Shown one piece after another: positions 49,256 through 62,236 of a DNA stretch of 64,000 nucleotides; position 1 is the stretch's first letter; every line of letters starts with the position of its first letter. A program made the position numbers and the translations under genes. The DNA comes from Pseudovirgaria hyperparasitica (lineage: Eukaryota). The notes below the pieces were generated by a model. That model did not search any database, had not been told where the DNA came from, and worked only from the letters and a program-made list of their open reading frames with translations. The stretch lies in assembly GCA_010093815.1 (NCBI GenBank), contig ML996565.1. One strand, written 5' to 3'.

Positions 49256-52200
49256 TCAGATCGGCTTCCTTCGCACCGCTCTCTCGCCGGCGCGGAAGAT
49301 ATCGTCGCGCTCTAGGCTCGGCGTCGGCACGTCGATGGCGCTTAGGCGTGAGCTCTCGTTACGGCCCGTGTCATGCGGACTCTCGCTGCGCACTGCCGTG
49401 TACGTGCCACTTTGCGTGGGACGGTGGGTTCGGTATGGCGAGTGCTCGGGGGAGGATGTTCCGGCGACAAGGGAGGTTGTAATGGGGCTGCGAGTGTGTG
49501 GATTTAAATCTGGGGTAGCGCGACCGTCTCTTGAAGGACGGGGATAGGGGTCGGGCGTGTTTCGACCGCTCAGCAGGGGCGCGTCGATGTCTGCGGCGGA
49601 TGATTTGCGCGGAGTATGCTGGGCGAGGATGGTCTGGCTGGGACGACGGCTGTCAGTGGACGTGGGGCGAGGACTGCCTTTGTATGGCACTTCGTCGATG
49701 CCCATGAAAGTGTTTGCCATTGTGGACGGTGTGCCTGGGCGGGACGCAGTCATGCTATCGCCGGGTCTACCGTATAGCTCGCCATCTCCACCGAACTGGT
49801 CTCTGAACTCTGCGCGGCGCTTGAAATTCTGGAAGTCGAGGTCGCCTTCTTGCACAAATTCGAACGGGACGGAGTTGGGACCGACGGGTATCCTCTCCGG
49901 TGCTTGGGTTGCATCGCCATTGTAGACGTCGCTGTATCCGAAAGAATCGGTGTGTAGGAAGCCTTGCCGAGAAGCAGAGCTGTGCGCCTCATGCTTGAGA
50001 ATCTCCTTCAGCATATGCTCTGATTTGGCATGCACCATCGGCGCAAGGAGTTTCTTGTACAACGCTGGATGACCAAATTTGACTGCAACGCGATCCTTTC
50101 GTCCTCCGGGTCGCTCGACATCAGTCGATTTCTCAAGGTCGTGTATTGAGGCGATAGAAACGTAGCGCATCTTATTGTCGAATGTATGGGACAAATACCA
50201 CTTGAAACCAAAGAGAAGGAAGGGTAACGGGATCATAGCGTAGAGCATGCCGGCGTTGGCGGCAGCATCGGATATGAAGGCTTGAGCACCAACACCCTGC
50301 GAGCCGACAATAAGAGCGACGACGGCGTTGGCCAAGAGAATTGCAAAAAGCATGCGGTTGACAATCGTACGCCAAAAAACGCCTCCTGACTCGTTCTTCG
50401 TGAAACAGATATACTGAAGCATGTACCTCTTAAAGTAAAGCTCAATTACAAGGTAAAATGCCGTGATGGGAAATATTAGAGGTTGCAGTACACCAAATAC
50501 CATGCCAACGGTTCCAATGAACATATAAGTGTTGTAATAACTGGCATAGTCGAAAGGTTGCGGTGCAGAGAGTGCGATCATCTGACGCGGTGTTGGATCT
50601 GAAAATTTGCGTCTAAACCATCTAACAATGAGAGGCCAAAGCTGGGCAATGTCGATGGCTGCACTTAAATTTTGCTGCAACTGGTAGGTGAGCCAGAAAG
50701 TAGAGACGTTACAGAGACCAGCCATAAAGTTTGTGAACGGATGCTGATGCTTGATCGCGTCCCACACACTGGCATCCTGGGCCCGGACGACTGCAGCGAC
50801 AAACTGAAAAGCCGATCCAAAAACGGAGAAGACAAATAAACTGTTGAATACGAAGAAGGCGTACAGACGACTGGCCACGTGACGCTCTCGGGAAGTCTTG
50901 GAGATATCTCCAGAGTGATTATACAGTCGACGAAAGAGGGTAGGTAAAGCCAAGAAGATGAGAAACTGGAAAAGAGGCGCGGTGATACCTTGAGCGATAC
51001 CCCAGGCAACAGGATGCGCATAAAGATTCGTTTGGAAACCTGACCACAGAATGCCAATGTGTGAAAAATTGGAAAGGAAGACCGACGACAGGATGTTTAG
51101 GGGGATATAGGCAACGGTCAGGAGGACCATCCACAAGCCATCCCAAAACATTCTCGTTCTTCTCGTCGACTTTGTCATAGCTAGGTTACGCCACAACAGG
51201 TCAGTAGGCTTTGGCGCCAACGTAATCGATTTTGCATCACCGCCAGCTTGTTGGGCGGCATAGGCAGTGGCGTGAGCATCCTCTATATGGGAATAGCTAG
51301 CGAAGCCATATGGCATTGAATTTCGCTTCTCTAGACTTTCACGAACGTGCTTTATCTGCACCTCGAGGCGACGGGCTCGGATTGACAGATAGTCAATTGC
51401 ATCGACCTTTGCTGGATATGCGTGTTGGTCATCCTTGTATGGCTTGATCATGGGTCTGGAAGGTGGCAGTCGATCAGGATTCCTTAGGTATCGAGCAAGA
51501 ACAGCCTCAAGTCGAATGATTGTCTTGTCATGCTGGTCGATCAGAGTTGGAAGCTCTTTGACGTTCCTCGCGACGGAAGCACGAGGGATTTCGCCAGTGT
51601 CCTTGATAGAAGATGCAATACGAGCTACGCCTTCGTCTGTCCGTGTTGCTTGAGGAAGATGGCGCACGAGTAGGGTACGTGAATGTAGACTGTTGCGGTA
51701 CTCGCTGGTGCGGAAGTAAGCTCTTCGTAATCCAAGTACTGCTCTGTAATTATGATAGATGAAGCCGCAGACAATGGCTTCAAAAAGGTAGGCAATGACG
51801 ACCCACGCCCAGAACGTTGTTCCAAAAATGTACTGCGGCGTAAGTTTGAGTAACGTGGCAACATCGGCATAGCTATCATATGGATGTTGACCACCAATAG
51901 TGGTAATAGGAATCAGTAGTGCACAGCCGATGACGGTGAAGCAAAAGAATATATTCCGAAGCATGCGCAGAAAGCGTAGTAGGACGACAGCATCCAGACC
52001 AATCCGCTCTACGAGATCCTCCTCTTGCACTTTTACGACCGCACGAGTCCATGAAAAGTAAGTCCGATCCAGGGTGGGCGGAGTACGCTTGGAGTCGGCA
52101 TGCTTGGCTCGAGGAGCATAGATGGCAGAATTTTTTGGGCGGAATAACACAAAGGCACCGAAGAGAAGGCCTGATACGGCAAAGGCCCACACGAGCGAAG

Positions 52201-52344
52201 CATATATCGAGTTGACTTGAATCTAGCAACAGATGAGCCAAGATCATGAGAACGGAGATACAGGGTTATTACGTCTGACTGGAAGGGGTTGGCGATGAGG
52301 TCCAAGAACTCATCGCCATCACTTTGACGAGTTCCGAGTGCCAT
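49256..52344 (-). CDS. OSCA/TMEM63/Csc1 (DUF221) stress-gated cation channel, 1 N-terminal intron
   Basis: IYAPRAK, GLDAVVLLRFLRM, SRTLLV, LAPKPTDLLWRNL, many TM segments, KNESGGVFW; first exon MALGTRQ...FQSD. Confidence 0.9.
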
Positions 52345-53355
52345 ATTGGCAACTTGGGTGTGTATTGGTAACGAACGGCAAGGTCAATAAAAGATATGCG
52401 ACGGAAAGAAACGCTTGATTACAGGAGGCTCAAATTAAGATCGTGCATTGGGGAAAATGGACATGAAAGAAAAGTCCGGATAAGTAGAAAGATATCATTC
52501 GAGATGTATGTGCCCCCGATTGTTGGGGCAAGTGAGGTCACAAGACCCACAGCGAGGTCAGACAGGGCGCGCCATGTTGCAGCAGTGCTCGATGCCGCCA
52601 CTGATCCCATGCTGGGGCTTCTTAATGCCCCCATGGAGTTCAATATGGGGTTAAGGCTGGTGGGGCTCGCATCCATAATGGCACTGGTGTAGTAATTCCT
52701 ATTGGCATCTTCGACTTTTTTTTTTCGTCCGCTATCGATACGGATCCCTTGGCACATGAGCTGCCAATCCAAGGTTGCCACCTGCAGCTGTGTTGCTAGA
52801 CTTGTCCATGCAACTCCGCGTGGTGTTTTCCGTCCCTTGCAGCACGTGAAGATTGTCTTCCAGGATACTTTTATCAGGCTGCCACAGCATATACATACGT
52901 GTGCGCGATCATGCAGCACTGGAGGCAGTGAATGTTATCATTCATTTATGGCGTCGTGTGCGTCGTGCTTGAGGATTCAGGGCCTCAACAAAAGACGCGT
53001 CATTACTCCACGTCCGATTAGCTATCAGGGCGCACCATCATCGCGACGGTTTTCGGTAGCGAACCAACTAACAGTAATACCATCAAACTATCAAACGTCA
53101 AAAACGCAAACAGTGACCTGAGAGACGGCATGGGTATACACATCTTGACCAGTGACGTTGTGGGGAAGTCTTCTTACCCGTGCGCGTACCTTCCAGAACA
53201 TGCTCGACTAACTAGTACGTCATACTTCATTCTGCTGTCTTTGCCGCCTCGTCCATCAGTCTCATTGCCACTCGTCAGCTGCCCTCGCCAACCACTACCT
53301 TTAATTTCCACATCTACACATACTCACATAATCTCGACCTCAAACCCATTTGAAA

Positions 53356-53673
53356 ATGTCATCCTCCTACTCCTACTCCAGCTCCTCCTTCTCCTCCTCG
53401 ACCTCAACCTCCAACGGCCAAACCACTGGTCAGGCATATCGCGAGGAATCTTCTTCCAACTTGGACGGTACCACCGTACGCACCACAACACAAAATCTGG
53501 GCGAGAAACCCGTATCTGAGACCCGGCAATATGACGCCCAGGGACGACAGCTTGTAGGCGACACCGCCACTCGGGGTCAGGGAAAGATCGAAGACATTTC
53601 CGAAGAGGAAGCAGATAAGATCTATCGAGAGAGGATGGAGGACGAATATGCTAAGCGTGAGGGTGGCGCTTAG
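53356..53673 (+). CDS. Small conserved fungal hypothetical protein (105 aa)
   Basis: ATG in AAAATG context; Ser-rich N-terminus; C-terminal YRERMEDEYAKREGGA, which I recall from many Pezizomycotina hypothetical proteins. Confidence 0.7.
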   Translation: MSSSYSYSSSSFSSSTSTSNGQTTGQAYREESSSNLDGTTVRTTTQNLGEKPVSETRQYDAQGRQLVGDTATRGQGKIEDISEEEADKIYRERMEDEYAKREGGA

Positions 53674-54586
53674 ATAATGTCAGGCGGAGATACATGACGA
53701 CGATGCAAATATCGTCAGGCTACATTGGCGAAGAATGACATGATACCAAGACGGTACAGTGGACTGTATGTTAACCATGTAGCAGTCGACGAAAATCCCG
53801 ACTCCAACATTAATATAAGCCTCATGCCCCTGCCTTAGATTCAATTCGTTGCGATTTGCACACTCTGTAGAAGAACGCCACAGATTGAAAAAAAAAGACA
53901 AAACGTCGTGCCGTGGCACTGTACCTATAACGTTTTGCCGCCAATCTTCCTCAAGAGGTGCCCATTGTTTCCATCGCTCGGGACTATCATAGGGATTCAC
54001 CTCTAATTAAATATCAAAGGTGCATTAACTAATACCTGTGTTCGCATATTCCGGAATCTCGAGTATCTGTTCCATGCGTCTAAGGTGCGGTCTTGACCAA
54101 GTTGTTGTATACACGTCTCAATTATGTGAGCTGAGGGTAGATATCTAAATATAAACAGCAAAGCAGTCGTGTACCCGCCTTGTTTTTAGTATGCGTCTGT
54201 AATCCACAAGTTCCGCCGCTAGCGAGTCAATATGCGCGGTGTACCTAAGATACCAACAGTATCCACTGTCTCTGATGATACTACGCCGGAGTTGCGCACC
54301 ATGAATCAGTGTTGAATGGATACACTTGCTGGTGCTCTAGTGACATACGGTAAATTTAGGGATTCTGTCCCTGTAAACGCGCTCGCCCTTAAACACCTGA
54401 GCGTGGATCCATTTGACGTGAGTCGACGCGTAGAAGTAGTTAGCGTCACCCAGCAACCAGCTTGCCAGTTAGACCAAGGTATCCATCCCTTTTTTGATTC
54501 ACTAACAGGATTTCCTTACGATTATACCTCCACGTCTACTACAGCCCCACCTGTTCACTACACGCATGTGAAGTGAAACACGAACG

Positions 54587-57500
54587 ATGTCTTCGCCCTC
54601 CGACAATTATGGCCCAAGTGGTCTTCGGCAAGGTCAACAAAACAATGAACTCCAACGCGCTCTAGGACGCCTTTCGATCGGAACCGCGATCAAGACCCCA
54701 TTGCCAGCCTCACCTCGACCTTCTCCGCATCGGCGCATCTCCGATCGAGCTCCCTCCTCACCTGGGACTGCTCAGCGACCTCCGCCGAGCCCTCTTCGCA
54801 GGGCGTCTAGCACCATGGATGCTTCGCGCTCCTCGTCTCCCGCGCTTGTGCGCAAAAGTTCCACCCAGAGTCTTAGAAGTGAGAAAGGACCGGCGACTCC
54901 AGTGCGCTCTTCTTCGCGACGCAGCTCGACCTACATGCTTGCCTCATCACCCGTTATAGTAAACAATCCCGGTCTAGGTCAAATTGAAGAGAAGGAACAG
55001 ATTACAGCCACAAATGTGGCCACAGATTATTTCAAGAGGGAACTTGAAATGTTACAGACCGATGCTGAGCAGCAAATTACAAAGACAGAGACGGTGGTCT
55101 ATCTTCACGATCAATGTTATGGCCATCGGTTCTCGCGACCAAAGACTCCAAAGTCCACCCTCGGCCTGATAGTGGAGAGACCAGAGCGCATACTTGCTGG
55201 TGCTTTGGGTATTTCTGCCGCATATGTCAGGCTCGGTGGAAGGCATGAGGGAGGACGCGCAGCACCGCATCCGAGTCGTGAATTGGACAAGAACGTGCCC
55301 TTCAATATCGTTAGAACGCAAAGATCAGTGAGCATTACAAGCCCAGCAGTAACAAATGTGCATGGTACGAAGTGGATGGAAGAACTGAAGATGATGTGCG
55401 ACAATGCAGGGCAGAAGTTGGCCACGACTGGGAAGGAATTAGGTAGAATTGAAGCGAGTGGACCACCAGCTCAAGCACCGAAAGAAAAGCTGCACGAAGG
55501 AGATCTATATCTCTGCCAGGAATCATTGAACGCCTTCCAGGGAGCTCTTGGTGGCGTCCTAGATGGCGTCGATGCAGTTTTTGACGGTACCAAAACGAGA
55601 CGAGGACCCTCGAGAGCCTTTGTGTGTATCCGCCCGCCTGGTCATCATTGCTCTGCAGACTATCCCTCAGGCTTCTGCTGGATAAACAATGTACACGTTG
55701 GCATACAGCATGCTGCAGCATCCCATGGACTAACGCATGCTGCGATCATTGATTTTGATCTCCATCACGGCGACGGTTCTCAAACGATAACTTGGGCCCA
55801 CAATGCAAAGGTGGCCAAGATGCCCAAGAATACGGCAAACTCGAAAAAGACAGCCATCGGCTACTTCAGCTTGCATGATATCAATTCGTATCCTTGTGAA
55901 TATGGTGAGATCGAAAAGGTGCAAAATGCTAGCTTGTGTATCGAGAACGCTCACGGGCAGTCCATTTGGAATGTTCACTTGCAGCCCTGGAAGAGGGAAG
56001 AAGAATTCTGGGATTTATACGAAAATCGCTACAAGATATTGATTGATAAGACGCGGGCTTTTCTCAGATCACATACGGAACGGCTGAAAAGTGGTGTCAA
56101 TCAACCTGTGCCAAAGGCGGCAATCTTCATCTCGGCTGGCTTCGATGCGAGTGAATGGGAAAGTGCAGGTATGCAGAGACACAAAGTCAGTGTTCCAACG
56201 GAGTTTTATGCCCGTTTCACCCGAGATATTGTCCAGCTTGCGCAAGAGGAAGGCACCGGCGCCGGTGGTCGAGTCATCAGTGTCCTCGAAGGCGGATACA
56301 GCAATCGTGCCCTGACAAGCGGAGTACTCAGCCATATCAGCGGCCTCTGTGAAGGAGAGGCAGTCTCCATCAAAGATGAAGACCACGAACAATCCCGACT
56401 AGGCTATGATATCGGTCAGCACATGAGTGATATGGTCATCGACGAATCCAAAACGCCCGAAAACAGGATCGTCAAGTCTCAATATGACGTGTCGTGGTGG
56501 AGTGAGGCCAACATGGCTGACCTAGAGCTCCTCGTCGACCCGCCCCCAGTTAATGCACCTCCTAAAAAGCGCACTGGAGGTCCTTCCACATTTGCAGCTC
56601 CCACTGCATCATTTCAAGCGAAAGTTGTTGATCCTGAGAAAGTTCGCCGTTCAGCTTCAGGCGCATATCGCATGTCTGCAAGCCCCTCAAGAGCTCCGAC
56701 CCCACCACCCCCAGAAGTCGACTGGGCTATTGCAACTCACGAATTGAGCAAGCTCATAATCCCAAGCAACCGCCAGACACGGAGCTGTAAGCCAGAGGAG
56801 TTGAATGAGCCAAGAGTCAAGAAAGAGAAACTCATCCCAGCCCCTATACCTACGGTTGACACATTAGGTAGACAGCTCAGAGGACGCAAGCCCACAAAGC
56901 CGGGTCGGTATGCCGACCCAGATTCTGATGACGACGTTACTTCTACCATATCTGCCATTGCAGAGGCTGATCGACGCAAGACCGTGGGCATACTTCCTTC
57001 CGAGACGCCCAGGGACAAGGGTAGAAGAACTTCTAGGAGACTTAGTGTGGCGTCTAGTATTGGTTCCATCAACGGAGACCATTCGACTCGTGCGCCTAGC
57101 ACAGCTTCGACCCGTCCGACCAGCGGTCCGCCTTCAAGAGCCCCGTCTATTGCAGCAGTCAATGTGAAGAAACGAACCACAGCTGCAGTGAAGCCGGAAA
57201 CAGCGTCGGCTTCACGCCCGCCTGTGCCGCGTGTGGCTCCCGGGCACTCCTCAAAGGTAAAGGTTCTTACTTCGTCACTTCCTACTGCGGCAAAGTCTTC
57301 GAACAAAGAAAATGCCGATATGGAGGCTCTCGCTTCTGGGCTAAAGAAGATCACACTAAAGCTTCCATCGACGCAAGAGGAATACGAAGCTCGTCAGCGA
57401 GAGAAGGGAGCCGCCGCTGCCGAGAAAGAGAAGGCCAAGAGGCCTGTTGGTAGGCCACCGACTAAGAAAGTAAACTCAGTGAAGCCCAGCGCGAAGACTA

Positions 57501-58126
57501 TAACAACGAAGAAAAAATCGCCAGCTCCTCCAGCTACTGGTCCGACAGTCACTGAGACTGCTGATGCTACTGCAAGCTCCGCACCGCCTCCTCCTTCGAT
57601 GATGGTTTCTGTACCCAGCAATGATCAGAGCTTCGGCATAACCCAACCTATCTCTACCCCAACTCTCCAAATCTCTCCTCCACATCCTGTCTTTAAGGCC
57701 GACAAATCATCGACATCTTCCTACGAACCGATGCAGAATCCTGCGCAGGCCCTCGATGTGCAACAAAACGCATCTACAGTACCGACAGAGCAGGGTATCG
57801 ACTCTCCTCCTGTACCCTCTGCACCTCCTGCACCACAGACTGTTTCTGGCTTGGAATTCGTCCAATACCAGCCCGAAACGAATAGCACGGCTGCGTCACC
57901 TCGAGGTTCCCCAATCCCACCTCTACAGCACCACATGAATTTGCAATGGATGCCTCCAAACTCTGATCCCGGACTGGGCATCAACGCCAGTAGTAATAAC
58001 TCAACTCCCACAAACGCCGCAGCTCCTCCTTCACAACCGGAGCCTAGTACCGCCCGGCCATCGAGCAAAGGGGCCGAGCTGCCAACTTTTACTGCCAGTG
58101 GACACATACCATTTGGACAGTCTTAG
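54587..58126 (+). CDS. HOS3: Histone deacetylase, Hos3/HosB type, intronless
   Basis: IVERPERI, GDLYLC, IRPPGHHCS, GFCWINNVHV, IIDFDLHHGDG, ISAGFDASEWE, SVLEGGYS; long low-complexity C-terminus. Confidence 0.92.
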   Translation: MSSPSDNYGPSGLRQGQQNNELQRALGRLSIGTAIKTPLPASPRPSPHRRISDRAPSSPGTAQRPPPSPLRRASSTMDASRSSSPALVRKSSTQSLRSEKGPATPVRSSSRRSSTYMLASSPVIVNNPGLGQIEEKEQITATNVATDYFKRELEMLQTDAEQQITKTETVVYLHDQCYGHRFSRPKTPKSTLGLIVERPERILAGALGISAAYVRLGGRHEGGRAAPHPSRELDKNVPFNIVRTQRSVSITSPAVTNVHGTKWMEELKMMCDNAGQKLATTGKELGRIEASGPPAQAPKEKLHEGDLYLCQESLNAFQGALGGVLDGVDAVFDGTKTRRGPSRAFVCIRPPGHHCSADYPSGFCWINNVHVGIQHAAASHGLTHAAIIDFDLHHGDGSQTITWAHNAKVAKMPKNTANSKKTAIGYFSLHDINSYPCEYGEIEKVQNASLCIENAHGQSIWNVHLQPWKREEEFWDLYENRYKILIDKTRAFLRSHTERLKSGVNQPVPKAAIFISAGFDASEWESAGMQRHKVSVPTEFYARFTRDIVQLAQEEGTGAGGRVISVLEGGYSNRALTSGVLSHISGLCEGEAVSIKDEDHEQSRLGYDIGQHMSDMVIDESKTPENRIVKSQYDVSWWSEANMADLELLVDPPPVNAPPKKRTGGPSTFAAPTASFQAKVVDPEKVRRSASGAYRMSASPSRAPTPPPPEVDWAIATHELSKLIIPSNRQTRSCKPEELNEPRVKKEKLIPAPIPTVDTLGRQLRGRKPTKPGRYADPDSDDDVTSTISAIAEADRRKTVGILPSETPRDKGRRTSRRLSVASSIGSINGDHSTRAPSTASTRPTSGPPSRAPSIAAVNVKKRTTAAVKPETASASRPPVPRVAPGHSSKVKVLTSSLPTAAKSSNKENADMEALASGLKKITLKLPSTQEEYEARQREKGAAAAEKEKAKRPVGRPPTKKVNSVKPSAKTITTKKKSPAPPATGPTVTETADATASSAPPPPSMMVSVPSNDQSFGITQPISTPTLQISPPHPVFKADKSSTSSYEPMQNPAQALDVQQNASTVPTEQGIDSPPVPSAPPAPQTVSGLEFVQYQPETNSTAASPRGSPIPPLQHHMNLQWMPPNSDPGLGINASSNNSTPTNAAAPPSQPEPSTARPSSKGAELPTFTASGHIPFGQS

Positions 58127-58906
58127 TAGAAAGTTATTCTGAAGGAGTGCGTTTTGTAATATATCTGTACCTCCCATCTATGAGCATGGAGGCCGACGAG
58201 CGTATGCTGGATACAACACACGGGCCGGCCGGTACTATACGTGCGGGGGTGTTTCGTTTATTTTTATTTTTATTGGGCTAGGGGGGCGTGATGTTTTGCG
58301 TTGACCCTCCTGCGCTGCGAACTCTGGAATAATCTCTGGCGCTCGCTTTGGATGCCCTGTGGGCCTTTCGCTGTAGCTTCTGCGTGCAGTATACCCCCCG
58401 CGTTTTTTTCTGCGGTTGCTGTGAATTCATATCTTGTTTTTCTTGCAGCTGTTGCCAGCGAGCTTGGATCGGGACAAGACGGGACTAGACGAGACGAGGG
58501 GCTAAGGTTTCATATCCCCTATATCACGATGTCACATGCTCTTTCATGAACTGTTGTATTTTGTGTCTGGATACATGGCATAACGAAGGTGATAATATAT
58601 ACAGGTCGCCCAACCGGCTGGTCCGTCCTCCATACACGATATGCCGCTGCTATACTTCATGACTGGCCTGAATAGCACGTCCCACCACCTCCTCCTTCAC
58701 ATCCAATTCCTGTTTCTCTCTCGGGTATTGCAGAGTTGCGTCCTCGGTCTGGTCTCTTCGCTAGGCCGCATAGCTTTGTGGTGTCAAACTCTCATTGTCA
58801 TGGCAGGGAGGGCTGTTTGATCATGGAAAGGCTACTCATCGTTTTGGTTGCTTGGTCTTGACTGATATGTTGGGAAAGGTCTGTTCGATAGCTACGGTTA
58901 TTCTCA

Positions 58907-59461
58907 TTAGATATTCCCTGGAATATCGTCGAACTCAGTAGCTTTCCCAGGGCATTGCAATTTTCCAAGGTTGTTTCGGCCGTATCGCACACGCCACTTC
59001 TTGATACTAAAAACTCCGGGGAAATCTTTGCAATGTTCATCCAGCTTCTTGTGCATCACTTTGAGGTCCTCCGGGTGGCATGTCTGTTCACTGCCAACGT
59101 TACAAACATAAGTCCTAGCTTTGCCACTGATGGACATCTGCCAAGCTCCACTATATGTGTTGTGCCCGTCGCAGGTTTTCATCTGTGAAGCCTTCGCAGC
59201 TTCCAAGTCGGTCCGGTTGAGTGCAGTTTCATGTGTAAAGCATGTGATGTATCCACTATGCAGTGCAACCGTAACGTTATCCAAGTCGTAGTATCCCTCA
59301 ATGCCTTTCCTGAAACTATTTTTATTTCTGCAACCTTTATGATGGTGAGAAATGATCCGTTATTTGGAAGCCTGCTTACTGTCTGTTTCTTTGCAGACGT
59401 GCACGGCAACGACTGCACTCGTAGTAGCGAGTATAGTGAGAAGTATGTTTGGAAGACGCAT
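58907..59461 (-). CDS. Small secreted cysteine-rich protein (169 aa, 8 Cys), effector-like, 1 intron
   Basis: Exon 59461-59380 encodes signal peptide MRLPNILLTILATTSAVVA. Intron 59379-59335 (GTAAGC...AAG) joins it in frame to ORF 58907-59284. Confidence 0.7.
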
Positions 59462-60489
59462 GGTGAAGTATGCAAGTTGTCGTGCTATTGTCCGTCTCTC
59501 AGAAGGGCAATGTTATGCAATCAGATAATATAAGCGACTTTATATGCTATGAGATAACAACGGCCCATATTCGGAACGATGGAAGGATTGCTTCTTATGT
59601 ACTCTGGTCGCCCTCAACAACAGCTTTGATGGTCGGAGCGCATATCGCGCATCGATCATGGAACGGTGCTCCTTTGGTCATTCGTCGAATTACACTGGCT
59701 TGGTATATAGTGCACCTGGCCACTGCGCGTGTCACATGTTTCTAAAAAGAGAGATTAATCCGGAGTCAAAGGCAGGCCAACGAATAGCTGGAATGTATAT
59801 AAGACCTTGCACTCCCAAGTTTGATGGTACCCATAAAAAGTTCTTGAATTTCACGCAATTTTGTGTACATTGCTGAAAAGACCTCGCGACGTGCCGCTAG
59901 TTCTGGAACTAGCGTGCTCACGTCTACTGAATTCCAGATCTCAAGATGTTATGAGTGTATTAATAGGTATTGTAATGCCTAATTAAATAATGGTAACTTT
60001 AACATCTAAACTTTATACAATGGATGGATGATAAAGAGTCTTATACTGCAGTGATTCGTGATCTTATGAATCTGTCTAAGTAAATCTAGAACTTTCTACC
60101 GGAAAGAAGAGCCATTTACACATTATAATATTGCTCAATCATGTTAACAAAGATATGACTTACAAACTTCGATCACACGCACGCTACTGCATTGGACGTA
60201 ATCAGGAGAACACCGACTGTTGTTCAACTATACTTGCGGGAGACAAGCCTGACTGACATGTGGACGTTCTCTACTGAGTTAATTTCGGAGGATTGAGAAG
60301 ACATCATCTCATTTTTATTATGTCATTCTACGAAGTAATGCGATGGAATGTCATCGCTCTAGCACCGCCTCGTGCTGCTCCTCGCTGTTAAACGGTCGCC
60401 AGACCAATCACCCATCATGATACCATCTCGTGGTCTAGTTCCCCAAGATAAATCTTTCCCATACCAATTGGTCATGGCCTTTGACAACA

Positions 60490-61434
60490 CTACCATACTG
60501 GATTGCCACCATCATATACCTGTTTCCCCGGTTCTGGATTTTCGTAGCCCTCAACTTTGACATTCCAGAGTTTTCCAGTCATCGAACGGTCTTTGCGCGC
60601 CCTTTCGATGATTTCCAAGGAACCTGTCGCACCTTGTCGGACGCTGAGGTCGGCATATTCGCCGCCAAGATCTGTGCGAAGCCACTGTCATTTGCATGTC
60701 AGTCAAGGTGCATCTGAGACAAGAAGCAGGGCATGCAGGCGCCCACTTACGCCGGGTGTCAATGCAATTATGGTAAAGCCCTCCTTCTTATAGTCCTGTG
60801 CATACTGGACTGTGAGCATGTTCAGTGCGGCTTTGGTGATCTTGTAGGCCGGACAAGGAACTGCGGCAAAATAATCTTGCATTCCAAACGTACCGACTGT
60901 CGTGGAACTAGGGCGTCGGTTAACTTGGTGCTCACTAACATCATGTGGAGGAATGCGTACAGATTGACGACAGTCTTTGAATCTCCTTCTCTCAGAAGAG
61001 GGATGAATGATGTTGTCATCATGTGCACAGAGGTCACATTCGATCGGAATACGTCGTCTAAGTTGTTCCTACAAAGACGTTAGATTCAAAAGATCCTGAC
61101 AATGAAGACGGTTGACGACATAAATTTGATCAATGGCTCCGGTAATGTAGGTGCAGACTCCAGCATTGTTGACCAGGACGTCCAGACCCTTACCGCCGAG
61201 GAGAGTCTCGACTTGCTTGACAGCCGCAGAAATACTTTCCTGAGAAGTAACATCAAGAGACAGCAACTCGATACGATGCTTATGCTCTGTAGCCAGTGTC
61301 TGTAGTGCTCCAGCCTCGGTATTCCGGGCTGTTGCAATGATGAGGCGGACGTCTTCAACGGGGCGAGCTGCTAGTTGCGAGACAAGCTCCAGGCCGAGGC
61401 CACGAGAGGTTCCGGTAATCAGGTAAGAAGCCAT
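60490..61434 (-). CDS. Short-chain dehydrogenase/reductase (C-factor/CsgA-like), 3 introns
   Basis: TGTSRGLG, LDVLVNNAG, catalytic YKITK, PG|WLRTDLGG; ends GGNPVW* at 60490. Confidence 0.88.
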
Positions 61435-62236
61435 TATTTAGCTACTTTAATGATGCTATGATCTGATGAAGAAGTCCTACATAGCCAGTTTTTCGAATAT
61501 ATATATATGTGTGTGTGCCTATACATAAAGCATAACACATAATCAACACGCTAGACGGGCACGCTAGGCGGTGAGTCTAGGCTCAAAGGAGTAATTCTAG
61601 GATCCCGAGGGCACAATCTATTTCCGAGCCGTGTTTGCTGACAACTGGATGGGAATCATCTGGAATTAGATCTTACATTGTACCTGGTGGATCGGACACA
61701 AGCATACCGTTTCTCGGAGATAACAGCTCATTCAGGTCTAACAAAAGCCAGACAGCCATGCGAGCTTAGCGGCTTTGGTCGGATGCAGGATAGATATATT
61801 ATTCATACGGAACGGCGAGTCTTCGTGTGGTATCCTGCCTGAACGGTGTTGTCTCGCTACAGCAAAGCTATACATGCAACAGAATTGAATAGGTATCAGA
61901 GACAAGCTGATCGTGATGATGGACTTAGACGACACTTCTATCGGACGTACGTACTACACGTGCGTCGCTCAAGCAGGTGGCGATCATCTTGATTCCCATT
62001 GGCTGATCCCCTATCAAAGGCTTGCGCCATGACTTACCTATACTCATCATTCACTGTCCCGATCACACCCTTTATCCTGTCATCTCAGCCCCATTCACCC
62101 CTTGTCTCCAGGCATATAGATCAAATCGACATCTGCAACTCAACCTGCAACCTACAAACCCGTCTGCACGCCTCCCCAGCTTCCCAAAGCCTTATCGATT
62201 ACGCAGCTCCCTAAGCTATACCTAGGAACCCTCACC

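Noticed and set aside
52396..53121. ORFs of 98-166 aa upstream of the OSCA channel
   Set aside because: No recognisable motifs, mostly non-ATG starts; likely promoter DNA.
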